Source of the DNA: Aplysia californica
Taxonomy: Eukaryota
Length of the DNA: 64,000 nt
Direction of reading: 5' to 3'
NCBI RefSeq assembly: GCF_000002075.1
Contig: NW_004797339.1
Span: 779,634 to 843,633 of the forward strand
Positions 10,754 to 23,205 of the stretch are shown here, one piece after another. A model generated the notes under the pieces. It was not told where the DNA came from, did not search any database, and saw only the letters and a list, made by a program, of their open reading frames with translations. Within the stretch, counting starts at the first letter, position 1. Each line of letters starts with the position of its first letter. Position numbers and translations under genes: made by a program.

Positions 10754-12565
10754 GTAAAGTCTGGGCACTTCTTACAAGATGTGTCGTTTTTGTATTGTTA
10801 CTAGATCTAACTACATATATGCGTTTTAGATTCGACATACTTCCACGCACCTTGTTCTGCTTCAACTCATGACGGCACAGTAGCCTGTAGGCTATTGTAC
10901 AGTAGTATAGGCCTACTACTTGAAATTAACTAGATTTAGATATCTAGATGTCTAGATCTAATCTAGATGTCTAGATTTCTACCAACGAGGCTAGCGACAA
11001 CACAATAGCCGATAGCCTGACACCCGCAGAGCACGAAACTTCAGTTTTTATAGAGAGATATGTTTGTTAAATTAATGTTAACATAAAGCTGGTAGCTTCT
11101 CACCCTTGCATTGACGTCTCCTACGTCATTAATGACTGTGGAACAAGAGCACCTCGTGCAGCCAGAGATCAAGATTGAAAGAAAAGAATAATAATAGGCC
11201 TAGGCCCTATCTGATATTCTGACCCACCCCCACTTTGAGTCAGGGTTCCCTAGAAGGATCATACTCTCCAGTTCATCACTCCTATTAATCAAATTAAATT
11301 TCCATCAACAACGTTAAAGTTAAAGCATAGTGCTTTCCATCTTAAAAGGCTGTGGCTCAGTTGTGACCCTTCCCTGACCTCAGAAATACAGAGCAAGTGG
11401 ATTTCTTTTTTTTTATTACTTACTCATTGGTTCCTGCAACATTCTTGTTCTCTATTATTACTATTAACATCCATTCCATCACAATCTCTTAATAACAAAA
11501 GATAAAAAACAAACAATGTCAGTCAAGGTATTCTCATCAAAAGTGATTATATCTGAGATGTGAAGTGTCTGGTTCTGGTTTCTTTAAGTAGATATCTACT
11601 TTCCCTTTACTATTATTAAATGTCTTGAGACTTGAGACAATCATTTGACATCAGCTGCTGTCCCTACTGTCAGCGAGCCGTGCTAAAGTGAAACTTATCT
11701 TGTTCAATAAAAGTAGGTCAGGGAAGTGTATGGAGAATTGAGGCCACTGTTTCATGCTGAGGTACACGGTTGTACACGCCTTATCTTTAATTTCAAACTC
11801 AAGCGTGTGTATATATGTGTGGTATGCACTGTCCTTAGTTGAAGGATAGTCATAGGGCCTACTGGTAAGGGGTGTTATTGTGTTGGCAACTTGGGATTTT
11901 ATTAAATTTGTATTTATTTATTCTTGTTTGTTTTTATTTTGGGAGGAGGGGGGAGTTGTGAGATCATTATTCTATCAATATTTCATTGTAATGTTTTGTA
12001 TTTTTTTAAATGTTCTTTTTATTCATGTATTACCTGGCATTGAAATTGTTTCATTAAATTTGTTTGTTGGCCTAAACCTAGATGGAACAAGAGCTCCAGT
12101 GTCCCCAGAATTCTTTTACGTTCTTGTTGAATAAATGCCGGAGAGCTGTATTCAGTCTGAATACAGTCAGTTTGATAGAAGTTTCCAGTCCAGGAGCTTT
12201 TGTTACATTAACTTGTTTCATTTGCTAATTGTATTCACTGTACATGTTGAAAGGTCAATAGACTAGGGTTTATTCAAATAAATGTATGAATTATATGTGT
12301 CTATTTCATTGACATATAATCAAAGATAAAATATTTATAAATGGTAAATGGTCTAAAGAGATTCTTGTTTGACTGAATTGAACGCATGACTTATGTATGC
12401 CAGTATCATTGAAATTCAGCTATGAGTTATTGACTCTCCTTCTCTTTTTTTTCAAAGATTATTTTGGTTTCTTGGTGTAGTATTTAAATGTTGTTGTTTT
12501 TTTACTTCTCCACAGTAAATAAGCAAAGTTTGAAGGAGTTCTTTACACAAGTGGGATACAAGAAC

Positions 12566-12617
12566 ATGGAAATTAAATTTGATGGAAAACGTGCACTTGT
12601 GACTGGTGCTGGCAAAG
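12566..12617 (+). CDS. DCXR: L-xylulose reductase (SDR family), coding exon 1 (MEIKFDGKRALVTGAGKG)
   Basis: Start of the Rossmann TGxxxGxG motif; 52 nt; G|GT phase 1 donor. Confidence 0.9.
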
Positions 12618-13906
12618 GTTTGGATGCAAATTATATTTTATCCTTTTCTGCTTATGAAATTCTATATATGTCTTTAGGACTGCTATTTTGTTGAAGTTTT
12701 TAATGGATTGTTTTGTATTTTTACTGTTCATAGTGTTAGATTATTTAACCTGATGAAGCAAAAGTTAAAAACAGTAGAATAAATAAATAAGGAACGGCTG
12801 GTGTATAGGAGGCTTTTTTGTACAGGAAGATGAAAAAAATGATGAATTTCTATGCTTAATAAAATAAATTACAATCAAACAGAGAGGAAGGACAATAGAC
12901 AACAGTTTTTGTTTTTAAAAGTCTTCTAACGCTGGAGTTTTATTTTGAGTAAAGAGAAGAACATCAACACAATGAAAGTAATTAGTTCATGTACTTTGAA
13001 AAAGCGAAACCGATTGACAAATAGGCTACGGAAAAGGGATCACAACATAGTGGGACCTAACAGTGGTAGCTTTTAGTCCCCAATGCTTGGGAATTTGTTT
13101 ACAGAAATATGGTAAGTTTAAATTATTTTAAAGTGGAATAAACAGATACAACCTTTGTCTATGCACTGTTATAAAATGTTATTATCTTGTCATTTTTTTC
13201 TGCATGACTGCTGTGACTCAAGATTAAAATGCATTGGTATCTAGTACTTTAAAAAAAAGTTTTGTCAAAATTACAAGTAGAATGAAGTTATGTTAGGATT
13301 TATGTCTTCCTGTTTGTATAAAAGCAGATAAATAATTAAAATTTGTGACCAGGATTACACCAGTGGACAGGTGCCAGCAAAGAAAAGTGACGGATTTGAT
13401 CAGCTCCAAGTTCATGCTTAGCTATTGCGATGTTTTTCCTAGTTGAAATGCAGGCCTTGAGCTGGATGGTGCTCATCAGGAATTTTCTGGACTTGTGCAC
13501 CTGAGCTTTTGTGGATCGACAGCTAGAAATGCTCAGCCATACCCTGAGATGAATGGAATCCATCATGTTAAAAACTGAATGGATTGAAGAGTTTCTTTTG
13601 CTCTCCTAGTAATATGTATTGGACCTCGTCTTCACATAGAAAAAACTAAAGAATTGCTGCAATAGCACAGTCTTGCACATACATAGCCAGCAGAACATGG
13701 AAATCTTTGTTATGTGTACAAATGTTGCTGTGTACGTATTTTAAATACAAATCATGTAAGAAGAAAGATTCAGAACCTGAAAAAATGTTCACTATGTGTG
13801 CTCCTCTTTGTATTTTGTGCCTATTAACTGTGGGTGTGTTTGACTGCATATCTTGTAAATGTAAAAAGACTGTAGGATATAGTTCACAATGTTTGCTTTT
13901 CCACAG

Positions 13907-14004
13907 GCCTTGGCAGAGCAATTGCCGTGAAGCTAGCTGCTTGTGGTGCAAAAACAGTGGCACTCAGTCGCACACAAGATGACCTTGACTCTTTAAAGGC
14001 TGAG
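13907..14004 (+). CDS. DCXR: L-xylulose reductase, coding exon 2 (GLGRAIAVKLAACGAKTVALSRTQDDLDSLKAE)
   Basis: ttttccacag acceptor, GAG|GTCAGA donor, 98 nt; ALSRT-DLDSL is DCXR-like. Confidence 0.9.
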
Positions 14005-14334
14005 GTCAGATTCTGTGGCATTTTGTCGAAGTTGACCTTCTTTCACTTTCAGGGAAATTTTGTAAAAGGCAACCCTAGCCCTGGGGCTGGTTTTTAAAGT
14101 AACGGACCATGTGTCTGCGTTTGAAAAAATTATAGAGATATTTTTTGGTTGTTGCAAAGCATCTATTTATCGACTTTGGAAATGAAGAAGTGTGGGTTAC
14201 CTCCTTATGTGGTCTGATGAATCTTCATCATATTTCTGGAATACTTTTCCCTGGGACTGGTGTCTGTGGTGTAATAGGCTTTTCATCATCAGCTTATGTG
14301 GTAGACATGAGGTAGATTTCCACGTATGGAAGTA

Positions 14335-14434
14335 CTGTAAAACTTGCCCTGACGGCCACCCCTATAAGACGCCCACCTGTACAAACGGCCACTTTCCATT
14401 TTCAATGGGTGGCCGTCTTACACAGGTTTGACTG
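14335..14434. mobile_element. Minimal 100-bp MITE (deletion form of the neighbouring 806-bp element)
   Basis: TA-flanked; left ~65 bp and right ~35 bp match the two ends of 14715-15520. Confidence 0.8.
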
Positions 14435-14660
14435 TATCTCCTTCATCCTGCAGGGACCCTATATATTTTATTCAACCCAGGTTGGCCCTGACAGGCAGTT
14501 CAAAGCAGCAGACTCTCTAAATGATCTAAATTGTGCTGGGGTCATAAGACATTTACAATCATTACAATCAAAAATAAATTTTTTTATATAGAGATAATAG
14601 TAGCCTAATATAGATGTAAAGAGCATAAAACTTTCTGTTGAGTGAAAATTTGTGCTTTAC

Positions 14661-14714
<54 letters not shown>

Positions 14715-14717
<3 letters not shown>

Positions 14718-15520
14718 TCGAACCTGCCCTGACGGCCACCTCTATAAGACGGTGACCTGTACAAACGGCCACTTTCCATTCCCCCCCTTGCTTTTTTTTC
14801 TATATAACTTAACTGTGTAAAACGGTCCTGTTCAACGCGGCCGTGGCCACCATATTTTAACACACAACCCCTATCACACTAAGCAATAATGCCTATCTAA
14901 GACGGCCACCTTAGTGACTCCATTACGTTTTGTCATAAATTGTGCATTGACCCCTGGCGTTGTGGGCGAGCCGTCATAATTCAATCACTTGTCGTTGTTG
15001 TTAGGTAGTCCCTCCAACCGATCATATTGTGTGGGCCCCTCCCTCTGTTGACAAATAGGTAGGCTACCAATTTTCAGTTGCTGGTGAGGTAAGCGTGTGA
15101 TCCCTCATAACCCATATGCTCCGCCCAGAACTCATACGCAAATCGTTAGTGAGATGAGTGGTCACTGTATACCCAGTCTGTAACAAAGTAACAATGGACG
15201 TCAACATGAACTTTTGACAGAAGCTTAGCTCGTTCTCCGAGTGGTGGCAACCCATGTGTTTGTTTTAACACAGCACTTGGTCTTCCTCGTCTGATACATT
15301 TTGCTTTATTGTCACCCTTGCGCAAAATCAGCAACAAAATAGAAATAACAAACAAAATACTAATCAACAACAACAACAAAAACAGCAACAATCGATTGGG
15401 ACTTCAGAAGGGAATGGTTTGTTTTCTTCATCTTGATCAGTCCTGCCTAAGACGGCCACCTGTCTTATACGACCACTTTTCTCCTTGACAATGGGTGGCC
15501 GTCTTACACAGGTTTCAATC
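14715..15520. mobile_element. Tc1/mariner-superfamily MITE, 806 bp, next to (TA)n in DCXR intron
   Basis: Ends CAGTCGAACCTG / CAGGTTTCAATC-TA; repeated internal ACGGCCAC motifs. Confidence 0.8.
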
Positions 15521-15880
15521 TATAAATCCTGAAGAGGGACCTAGTTCCCCATCTGTGAAATAACCGATGCGTCGTGTAGGTATTTTTGACTTATAAAATA
15601 ACACTTTACAAAACAAACAAGCAAATATATTGATAAAACTTGTAAAAAGTGCCATGCATTTTTAAAAAACTTCAAGATTTTCTAAAACCTGGAGGGTGGG
15701 TTGAAATTTCAACTGATAATAATGCTTGGAACATTGTCAAGAAATCTGAGTCAGAGTGGTCTTTGACAGTTTAATTAGACAGTTTTTAGCCTCTCTTGTA
15801 AAGTAGACTTCCTGGAAGATGACTCATCTGTGCCCAACACCAACGTTGTGTATCACACTGATGAACTGTTTTTCTTTCAG

Positions 15881-16035
15881 TGTCCTGCTATTGAGACATG
15901 TTTAGCAGATCTGAGTGACTGGACCACAGCGAGGCAGACCATCCAGGGCCTGGGACACTTTGACCTCCTGGTGAACAGTGCTGGAGTATCCAGAGTTGGT
16001 CCGTTCCTTGAAACTAAAGAAGAAGATTTTGATTA
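15881..16035 (+). CDS. DCXR: L-xylulose reductase, coding exon 3 (CPAIETCLADLSDW...DLLVNSAG...EEDFD)
   Basis: tttctttcag acceptor, TA|GTGAGT donor, 155 nt; NxAG SDR motif. Confidence 0.92.
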
Positions 16036-16535
16036 GTGAGTTTCTCTCTTCTTATGTTGGCAAGAGGTAGTCAATGGAAAAATAGACGTTAAATGTCCTA
16101 GCAACTGCAGAAACACATGGATCATGCCAATTGCTCAATTTCTGTGATTCTGAGTTAAACTTAAAACCTGTCTTGGGTGCCAATGATCAAATGTCATTGT
16201 GGCTTTTGATAAACACAGACCTAAATTTCATTTGTAAAGAAGACAAAAAATCTATCGAGTTGTTGGGAAAAAATGCCAATTTTCTATTTTTTTAACATTA
16301 GTACTGTGTACACTAATTGAAGCACCAAAATGCTATTTTTTGTAACATGGCTTAGTTTTAGAGTAGGCTTACATAATATTACTCACATGAAGGGTAAAGC
16401 CTAAAGACTCAAAAGACTAGACGTTATACTCAATTAAAAAGTGGTACCTTTTTTTTAATGCAAGTATATTAGCTTTGTATGGTTTATGATTTGGTTATTT
16501 TTAAACTCCTTTTTTTTTCTTGTTTATGTTTTCAG

Positions 16536-16578
16536 TGTCTTCAACACAAATGTCAAAGCATTATACAACGTTTCCCAG
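16536..16578 (+). CDS. DCXR: L-xylulose reductase, coding exon 4 (VFNTNVKALYNVSQ)
   Basis: long polypyrimidine tract plus ttcag, CAG|GTAAGG donor, 43 nt, phase 2 to 0. Confidence 0.88.
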
Positions 16579-17639
16579 GTAAGGATTTTGATTCGTAAAG
16601 TTTTGCTTATCTTGTCTTCAGTTGCTTTTGTATTTGTATAAATTTGACTCCCTACTAGATTCAAACAGGTACCTTTACTAATGGTTCCACACTCTCTCAG
16701 GTTTGGAGGGACCATTTTTTTGTATACTGGACTGTCAGTCAACAAACTTCTGTGAAAGAGAGCTTGATAAATGACTTGTAGTAAGTATGTAGAAAAAAGT
16801 CTCACCTTGGAAATCACAGAGGTTGTGGCACCATAAGAGAGGCAACACACCGGTGAAGAAGTTACTCTCACTAGCTGATTGTTTATATTGCTTGACACAA
16901 TTTGGTCAGTACCACCGTGAGTAACCCTATAATTGTGAATAGTATTGTGTTTGAACTTACAGGCTCAGGCAATGGAGATAAACAATAGACAACGAATTTG
17001 ATTGATGACTCTTAAGTAATGTGTCAAAGAATAAGTCATATGGGTACCGATTTGATTACTTGTCTGTCCTATAAAAATAGTGCATTTCAAAAATCACTAA
17101 TAAGATTTAAGAGATTATTATCACAGGGTTTAGATGGGTGGTCAGTGAGATGTGTCCTTGAGCAAGACACAACAACCCTATCTAAAAAAACAAGGCGCTA
17201 CACAGTGGCGACCAGCAATGGTAAGTTTGTGAAAATCTCTCTGTATGATGTGATAATGTGTATTTATGTATGTATGTATTTTTAATTATGTATTTATGTT
17301 ATATATATATGTTTGCCATTGTAACCCAAATTGGCCTATATATGGAACCAGAGTAGATACTGTAAGCTGGTGTTGGAACATGCAGGGTTGTTGTCAAGAC
17401 AACAATGTGTTTCCAGTCTCATCACTGTCTTTGTCAAATTTTTAGATGAAGGGAATTTTATTCAGTTGTCAAGGTCATAAATTTCCTTGAAAAAATGAAA
17501 ATGTTATAGTCTCATGTTTTTACATGAGCACCCTTTTGAGATCCATTGGGTTTTACTCCAGTTATGTACTGCGCCATTACTCGAACTGTCCTTCGACTAC
17601 GTTTCAACTGTTGTTTCTTACTTACTTTTTATTTTTACT

Positions 17640-18680
17640 TTTTCATCCTCTGTTGCCGATAAGTGTTGAGGGGGAGATGCAGTTTTCTATGGTAGGCCAG
17701 CTCCGCAGCTCTTTCAATTGTGATATTATGATTTCTCAGGATTTCCTGGACTCCCTCAATCCACCTTTTCCATGGCTTTCCTCTTCCTTTATAGCCTGAG
17801 TGCTTGGTGTTATATGCTCTCAAGACATACGTAACAGGTGGCTAAACCATTTTATTCTCAGTCTTTCTATGAAATGCAGGCAGTACTCAGTGCCAATAGC
17901 TGCTCTTATTACTTCATTTCTCTGCCTGTCTTGTCTTACGATGTTAAGGGGTTTGCAGAGGCATTTCACCTCGCCTGCAGTGATTTTGCTTTCATGGATT
18001 TTACTTAATGTCCCGGTCTGGCCCTGGTAGCATAATGTTGGTATAAATATTGAAGTGATATGCTGTCGCTTACTGTCTATGGAGGTGTTTGGATGAGATA
18101 GGAGGAGTGTGACCTGGTAGATGACAGTGTTGTCTTTTTGAGTTCACATTTCTATTTCTCTGTCTATGGACCAACTTTGAGAAAAAGTGCTGCCAAGATA
18201 TTTTAACTCCTTCACTTGTTTCAGTTGTTTCCTACTGACATTGATTTTCAGGGGACTATGGTTTCAGCTCACTTTCATAACTTCTGTTTTTTGATGTGCT
18301 TATTTTCATGTCAAAATTCGTGCAGATGTTGTTCAGTTTGATAGTGGGATTTTGGAGGCTGTGTTGGCTTGGATGAATAAGACACTGGTCGTTTTCGAAT
18401 GAGATAAGATAAGATAAGATAAGATCCATAGAAGTTCATTTAGGCTTCCTGGGCTTTGGTTTTCTTCTTGCGTTATTGCGTCCATATAGATTATAAACTG
18501 GAGGGGAGATCAAACACGTCCCTGTCATACTGCAGATCTTACTTTGAACCAGTCTTTATTGCCTTCCTTTGCTCTTACTGAGCTTCTTCTGTTGGTATAA
18601 TATAGAGTTCTGACATTATTTAATAGTATTCCTCTGACACCATACTTTTCAAGTGTCTTCCAGAGTTTTGCATGGTTTAC
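17640..18680 (-). mobile_element. Decayed RTE-clade LINE fragment (RT to C-terminus)
   Basis: Minus-strand translation shows QGRV*SPLQFIIYMD, LKQVKELKYLGS and KGRGKPWKRWIEGV remnants; many stops and frameshifts; ends approximate. Confidence 0.75.
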
Positions 18681-19232
18681 TCTGTCAAAAGCCTCCTTCT
18701 TTTATAAAGACAATTTTGGATTTTTTGTTGTGTTTGATGGTTCTCTCGCATAGCTGTCATAATGTGAATGCAGCATTCGTGTGTCCTCTTCTCTTTTGGA
18801 ATCAGAACTGAGTTTTGCTCTGATTTCTCTCTACGATAGGTCTTATCCGCTGTCCTAATATCTTGGCGTATGTTTACTCTGCGTTGCTTAACAAAGAGAT
18901 GCCTCACTGTTGTTTACTTTGCTGATCTGACTTGAACATTTTTATCAGATAAGACTATCTCATAGCTAACATAAAAAGATGAGGCTTGTAGGTCTTTTAT
19001 CTTCCCTATCAATCTCTAATGTGTACTCGTATGAGATGTCTTGCTTTTCACTAGCACGAAATGACATGACCTTAATTGTATAGATGTGATTTTCTTTATC
19101 TCAAACTAAAAGAGTACATGGTTACTTTGATATTTTAGTGAAGATACGGAAAAACATACATCATCAAAATGAGTTTAATCTGTGCACACTTTACCTCCTT
19201 AAAGATACTTGCTTTCAAGCTAAAGCAAAATA

Positions 19233-19567
19233 CAAGGTGATTAAAAAAGAATACTCCAAAATCATCACACGATATTTCAAAAAATGAAAAACAATAGAAA
19301 ACTCTAGCTTGGGCACAGTGCACATACCTTCAAGTTTTTATTTCATGTTTTACAAGTTCTCAATGTGGCCACCACCGGCAGCACAGACGACATCGAGCTG
19401 ATGAGAATTTCTCCCAAACGTGCCTCAGGATGTCTGGGTCCACCATATAGAGTGTAGCTGTTATTCGATCTTTCATGTCTTTGATATTTGCTGGAAGTGG
19501 TGGAACATAAACTTTGTCTCTGGAAGTATAACATGCTGATTTTGGCATATTCTTTTTAATCACACTG
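19233..19567 (-). mobile_element. Internally deleted Tc1/mariner element retaining the transposase C-terminus
   Basis: Imperfect ~30-bp TIRs (GTGATTAAAAAGAATA..CCAAAATCA), TA on both sides; encodes DKVYVPPLPANIKDMKDRITA...GGGHIENL*. Confidence 0.85.
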
Positions 19568-20088
19568 TATAATGAGTATTTTGTTAGCAGATTATTCTAT
19601 TACAACTGCAGGTCAACATTTAAAAACAGAAACATGTCGCTTATGAAAGTATATAATGTAACCAGCATCAGACAAATGTCCAGCATTTTGAAAACCATTC
19701 TTATGAGCTTGAGCCAAAAATAATGACTAAACTAGAGTTGACTCGCAGTCACTTCCAAGGACAAACTAAGTTGACTTTCTTGCTTTTGCCACATTCTAGA
19801 TTTGTAGTAGCTTACCATAGAAAGATTGTCTAAACTATTACAATTACGTTGGGGTTTTTTGTGGGGGGGTTTTTAGGTTTTTTTTACCAAGACAGATTTT
19901 TGACCAAATATGGACTTTAAAGACACAGTAACTAAGTTGGGTTTTTTTTGGTATTTGACCATTAGGCACCAGAATGGTACTACATATTTTATGGACTTTC
20001 AATTAAGATAAAAGAGAGAACTCAATTTGGAAAATATTGATAATGTTATACGTAAGAACTCAAGGGTCACATATGATTCTGTTCACAG

Positions 20089-20253
20089 GTAGTTGCCAAA
20101 TCAATGGTAGAAAAGAAGTCTGGTGGGGCCATCGTCCAGCTGTCCAGTGCCGCGTCCACCCAAGCCTTGAAGGACCATGCTGTTTACTGCTCCACAAAGG
20201 GAGCTGTGGATTCCCTTACCACAGTTATGGCCCTTGAGCTTGGACCTCACAAT
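20089..20253 (+). CDS. DCXR: L-xylulose reductase, coding exon 5 (GAIVQLSS...[23 protein letters not shown])
   Basis: Catalytic Ser and YxxxK (YCSTK); AAT|GTGAGT donor; 165 nt; 171 codons in total so far, remaining exons not visible. Confidence 0.92.
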
Positions 20254-20629
20254 GTGAGTGACAACTGCTGGTCCCATCGATGGCGTTATGCTCTGACTGT
20301 GTGAATGGTTTCTTGAAAAGTGTGTTTATCTCTTCTGATTTAAATGATGAGGAAAAACAACACAAATGTTAGCTCCCAGTACTTTTACACTATTTATAGT
20401 GTATGGTGATACCTTTTTTACTTTTTTTGTCGATGATCTGCAGATCTACCTCAGCATGGTTTAAAACAAAGTGTTGACCTGTTTTTTCCACTAACACAGT
20501 AAGAGCATAACATCATTGATGTTCTTTTAAGTTCCCCATGTGAGTGACGATCCTTTTACAATATGTATTGAGACTGTTAACACTCAAATTCCTTTGACCT
20601 CGCAATGTGAATGACTTTTAATGCTTATA

Positions 20630-20790
20630 TCATGGCGTCAGTAATCTAGTCATTAGGCTGCCGGACTCGCAGCTGTGAGGGCACTGATTTAAATATACGT
20701 CTGACCATGATGATGTGTTCTATGGAAAGGCACTTTCCTCAAATTTTCTTCTTTTTACTATGTTGGGAATGGGTACTCCGCCCTGACCGT
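20630..20790 (+). mobile_element. Degenerate CORE-type SINE 5' part
   Basis: GGAAAGGCACTTT...GAATGGGTAC similarity to the copies at 28366 and 32341. Confidence 0.55.
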
Positions 20791-20904
20791 GAAATACCTT
20801 ACCTTGTCATTATGAAAGTGTCTACCTGTCTGTCTCTCTCTCTCTCTCTTTCTCTCTCTGTCTCTATCTCTCTCTCTTTCTGTCTCTCTCCCCCTGGTAT
20901 TGGG

Positions 20905-21200
20905 TAAATGCTGCGAAGAAGGGTTCTCCACATTTCTTTATCCTGGGCGATCTTCTCAACCTACAGCCAGCTGTGCCCCTTCTGTATGAGATCTTCTTTA
21001 AGACCTCATTCTCTGGTGGATCTCATCCTTCCTCTTTTTGTCTCCACCATGGGCATCAACGTCTCCCAAGCTTTGTAACTGGTTGTTTTCTTCTCTCGAC
21101 GTGTCAATTGAGACATATTTATTTTGTAGGGTAAGAATCTAGCTTTATGCCCCATCCCTAACCTGGAGGACCAAGTGTCTCTCTTTCAGGCGGCATTACC
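20905..21200 (-). mobile_element. Short RTE-derived element (5'-UTR-like motif joined to ORF C-terminus)
   Basis: Minus strand has GGTCCTCCAGGTTAGGG close to remnant LKEDL...SW..VEKIAQDKEMWRTLL, resembling RTE ORF ends. Confidence 0.5.
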
Positions 21201-22680
21201 TGTGTTGTCATTTAGTCTGCTCTAACAGCATCCAAGCCTCATTCTAAAAACAGGGCTCTGGTGTGGTCTGCTTCTTCTTTCCTATCAAACATCTATCATC
21301 CTTATCTCTCCTTTTTTGTGTTTGTTACTCTCTTATAACACCTCTAATCTTCAGTGCTTATATAACCTTATTGTGTTGCAAGTGCCATAATACACTAACT
21401 AAAAAACATAATTCAATTTATATAGATTCATTCACTTAGGAGGCGGGCTTTGACTCTACATGTCAGAGTCAACCTGGATTGAGAAGGAGACATCGCCCCA
21501 CCAAAAAAAAACAATATTATATTCAATAAACATTCTCCACACATGGGAATCTAAATCAGATCATCTGTGTGCAACCACAAAGCACCTAGCTACTGCACCA
21601 CAAACGCCAGAGCCCTAGCTGAACTGATTTGTGTCTAGTAAGGCAAAAAAGCCAAATCGTCCATTTTGATTGCCATTCTTGTCACAGAGTGCTCGCCACT
21701 AGAATGCAGCTGGTTTTCCGGTTGGTGCTGAGAAGTCCCAAATCTTTACTCCAACCACAGATAGCTCCTACTGTGCTATTTCTGTCAGTGAATCTTGTTT
21801 TTCCTATCACTGAACGGCCGTTTTTGTGTCCATGTGCTTCTCTTTACTCAAACAAATTACCAAAGTGTCTTAACGATATTTTTTTCTTCACACTAATTAA
21901 GTGACTATGATCTGTAATAATAAATCCATAGACAGGAGTCAAAACCTACTAATTTCTTCACCAACCCATGACTTGTCACTTCTGTACAATGCTGACAACT
22001 CCCCCTCNNNNNNNNNNNNNNNNNNNNNNNNNNNNNNNNNNNNNNNNNNNNNNNNNNNNNNNNNNNNNNNNNNNNNNNNNNNNNNNNNNNNNNNNNNNNN
22101 NNNNNNNNNNNNNNNNNNNNNNNNNNNNNNNNNNNNNNNNNNNNNNNNNNNNNNNNNNNNNNNNNNNNNNNNNNNNNNNNNNNNAAATTTGGTAATGGTT
22201 TCGTTACTTCCATTTAGGGACGACCACGTTATGCTGTATGAAATTTTCTTATATCTAGCTGTGAGCCCTGACTGATGTGCGATAAATTTATTACCAATGA
22301 TTTGTGCTGCTCTCAAGTCGTTTGCTTAAAAAAACAAAATTAATTTTCAAAAACTTCTTTCAACGTTTGCGATGATCCATCAATTCGTGGAGGAACGTCT
22401 CCATTGTGACACTTGGTATAGAGACACCTCAACTATAAATACGCCATAAAGATTCTATTGCTGATCTTTGCTCTCTTTGAATCTCCTACCACGTTTGTTC
22501 TAACCTGGGCCCCCTACCCCTGTCGGGAAAGAACACTAAATAACAGGCTGGCTATTTGGGACAGCCTCATCTCTGCCGACAGTTCCCCCGCTCTGTGCGG
22601 ACGTGCCACCAATACATCAGCTCCTTCCTTTTATTTTTGCCATAGCTGACGATATCCGATATATGGATAAGGTTAAAGGA

Positions 22681-22682
<2 letters not shown>

Positions 22683-22765
<83 letters not shown>
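22683..22765 (+). repeat. (CT)n microsatellite
   Basis: Direct reading. Confidence 0.95.
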
Positions 22766-22769
<4 letters not shown>

Positions 22770-22959
22770 AACGTTTTTCATTTTGGACAAGTCATGGGGT
22801 TTTTTGTTGGTATATGGAGCTATTGGTGCAGTCTTTACCTATTCATTTGCCTTGCTTTTTTGGGGGGAAAAATTCATGTGTCTTCAATAGAAGTCCAGAC
22901 ATTTTTGCGATTGAAGGAGGTGGGGGCTGCCAGATGTTAGTGGAGGTAAAATTAGTAAG

Positions 22960-23205
22960 AAATGGCCGCCAAAATTTGGTGACCTCTAAAGTTTTAGTGT
23001 CATTAGAAACGACAAATATCTACTATTTGTACCTTTTATCCATGTTTTTTCTGTAAAATTTAGACTGGAATGTCTTTTTAAAGAACTCTGAAGGTATAGA
23101 ACCCGACACAAACAAAAAAACTGCTGCCATAAAAAATGCCCAACGTGCGGAAAAATGTCGGTTTCTCCGATTTCCTTATTTTGACGAGCGCCTGATTTCA
23201 CCACA
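22960..23205 (+). repeat. Interspersed repeat shared with 44880-45087 (probable DNA-transposon end)
   Basis: TGGCCGCCAAA...CCCAACG.G.GGAAAAATG.CGGTTTCT...TTTTGA.GAGC.CCTGATTTCA.CAC in both copies. Confidence 0.6.
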
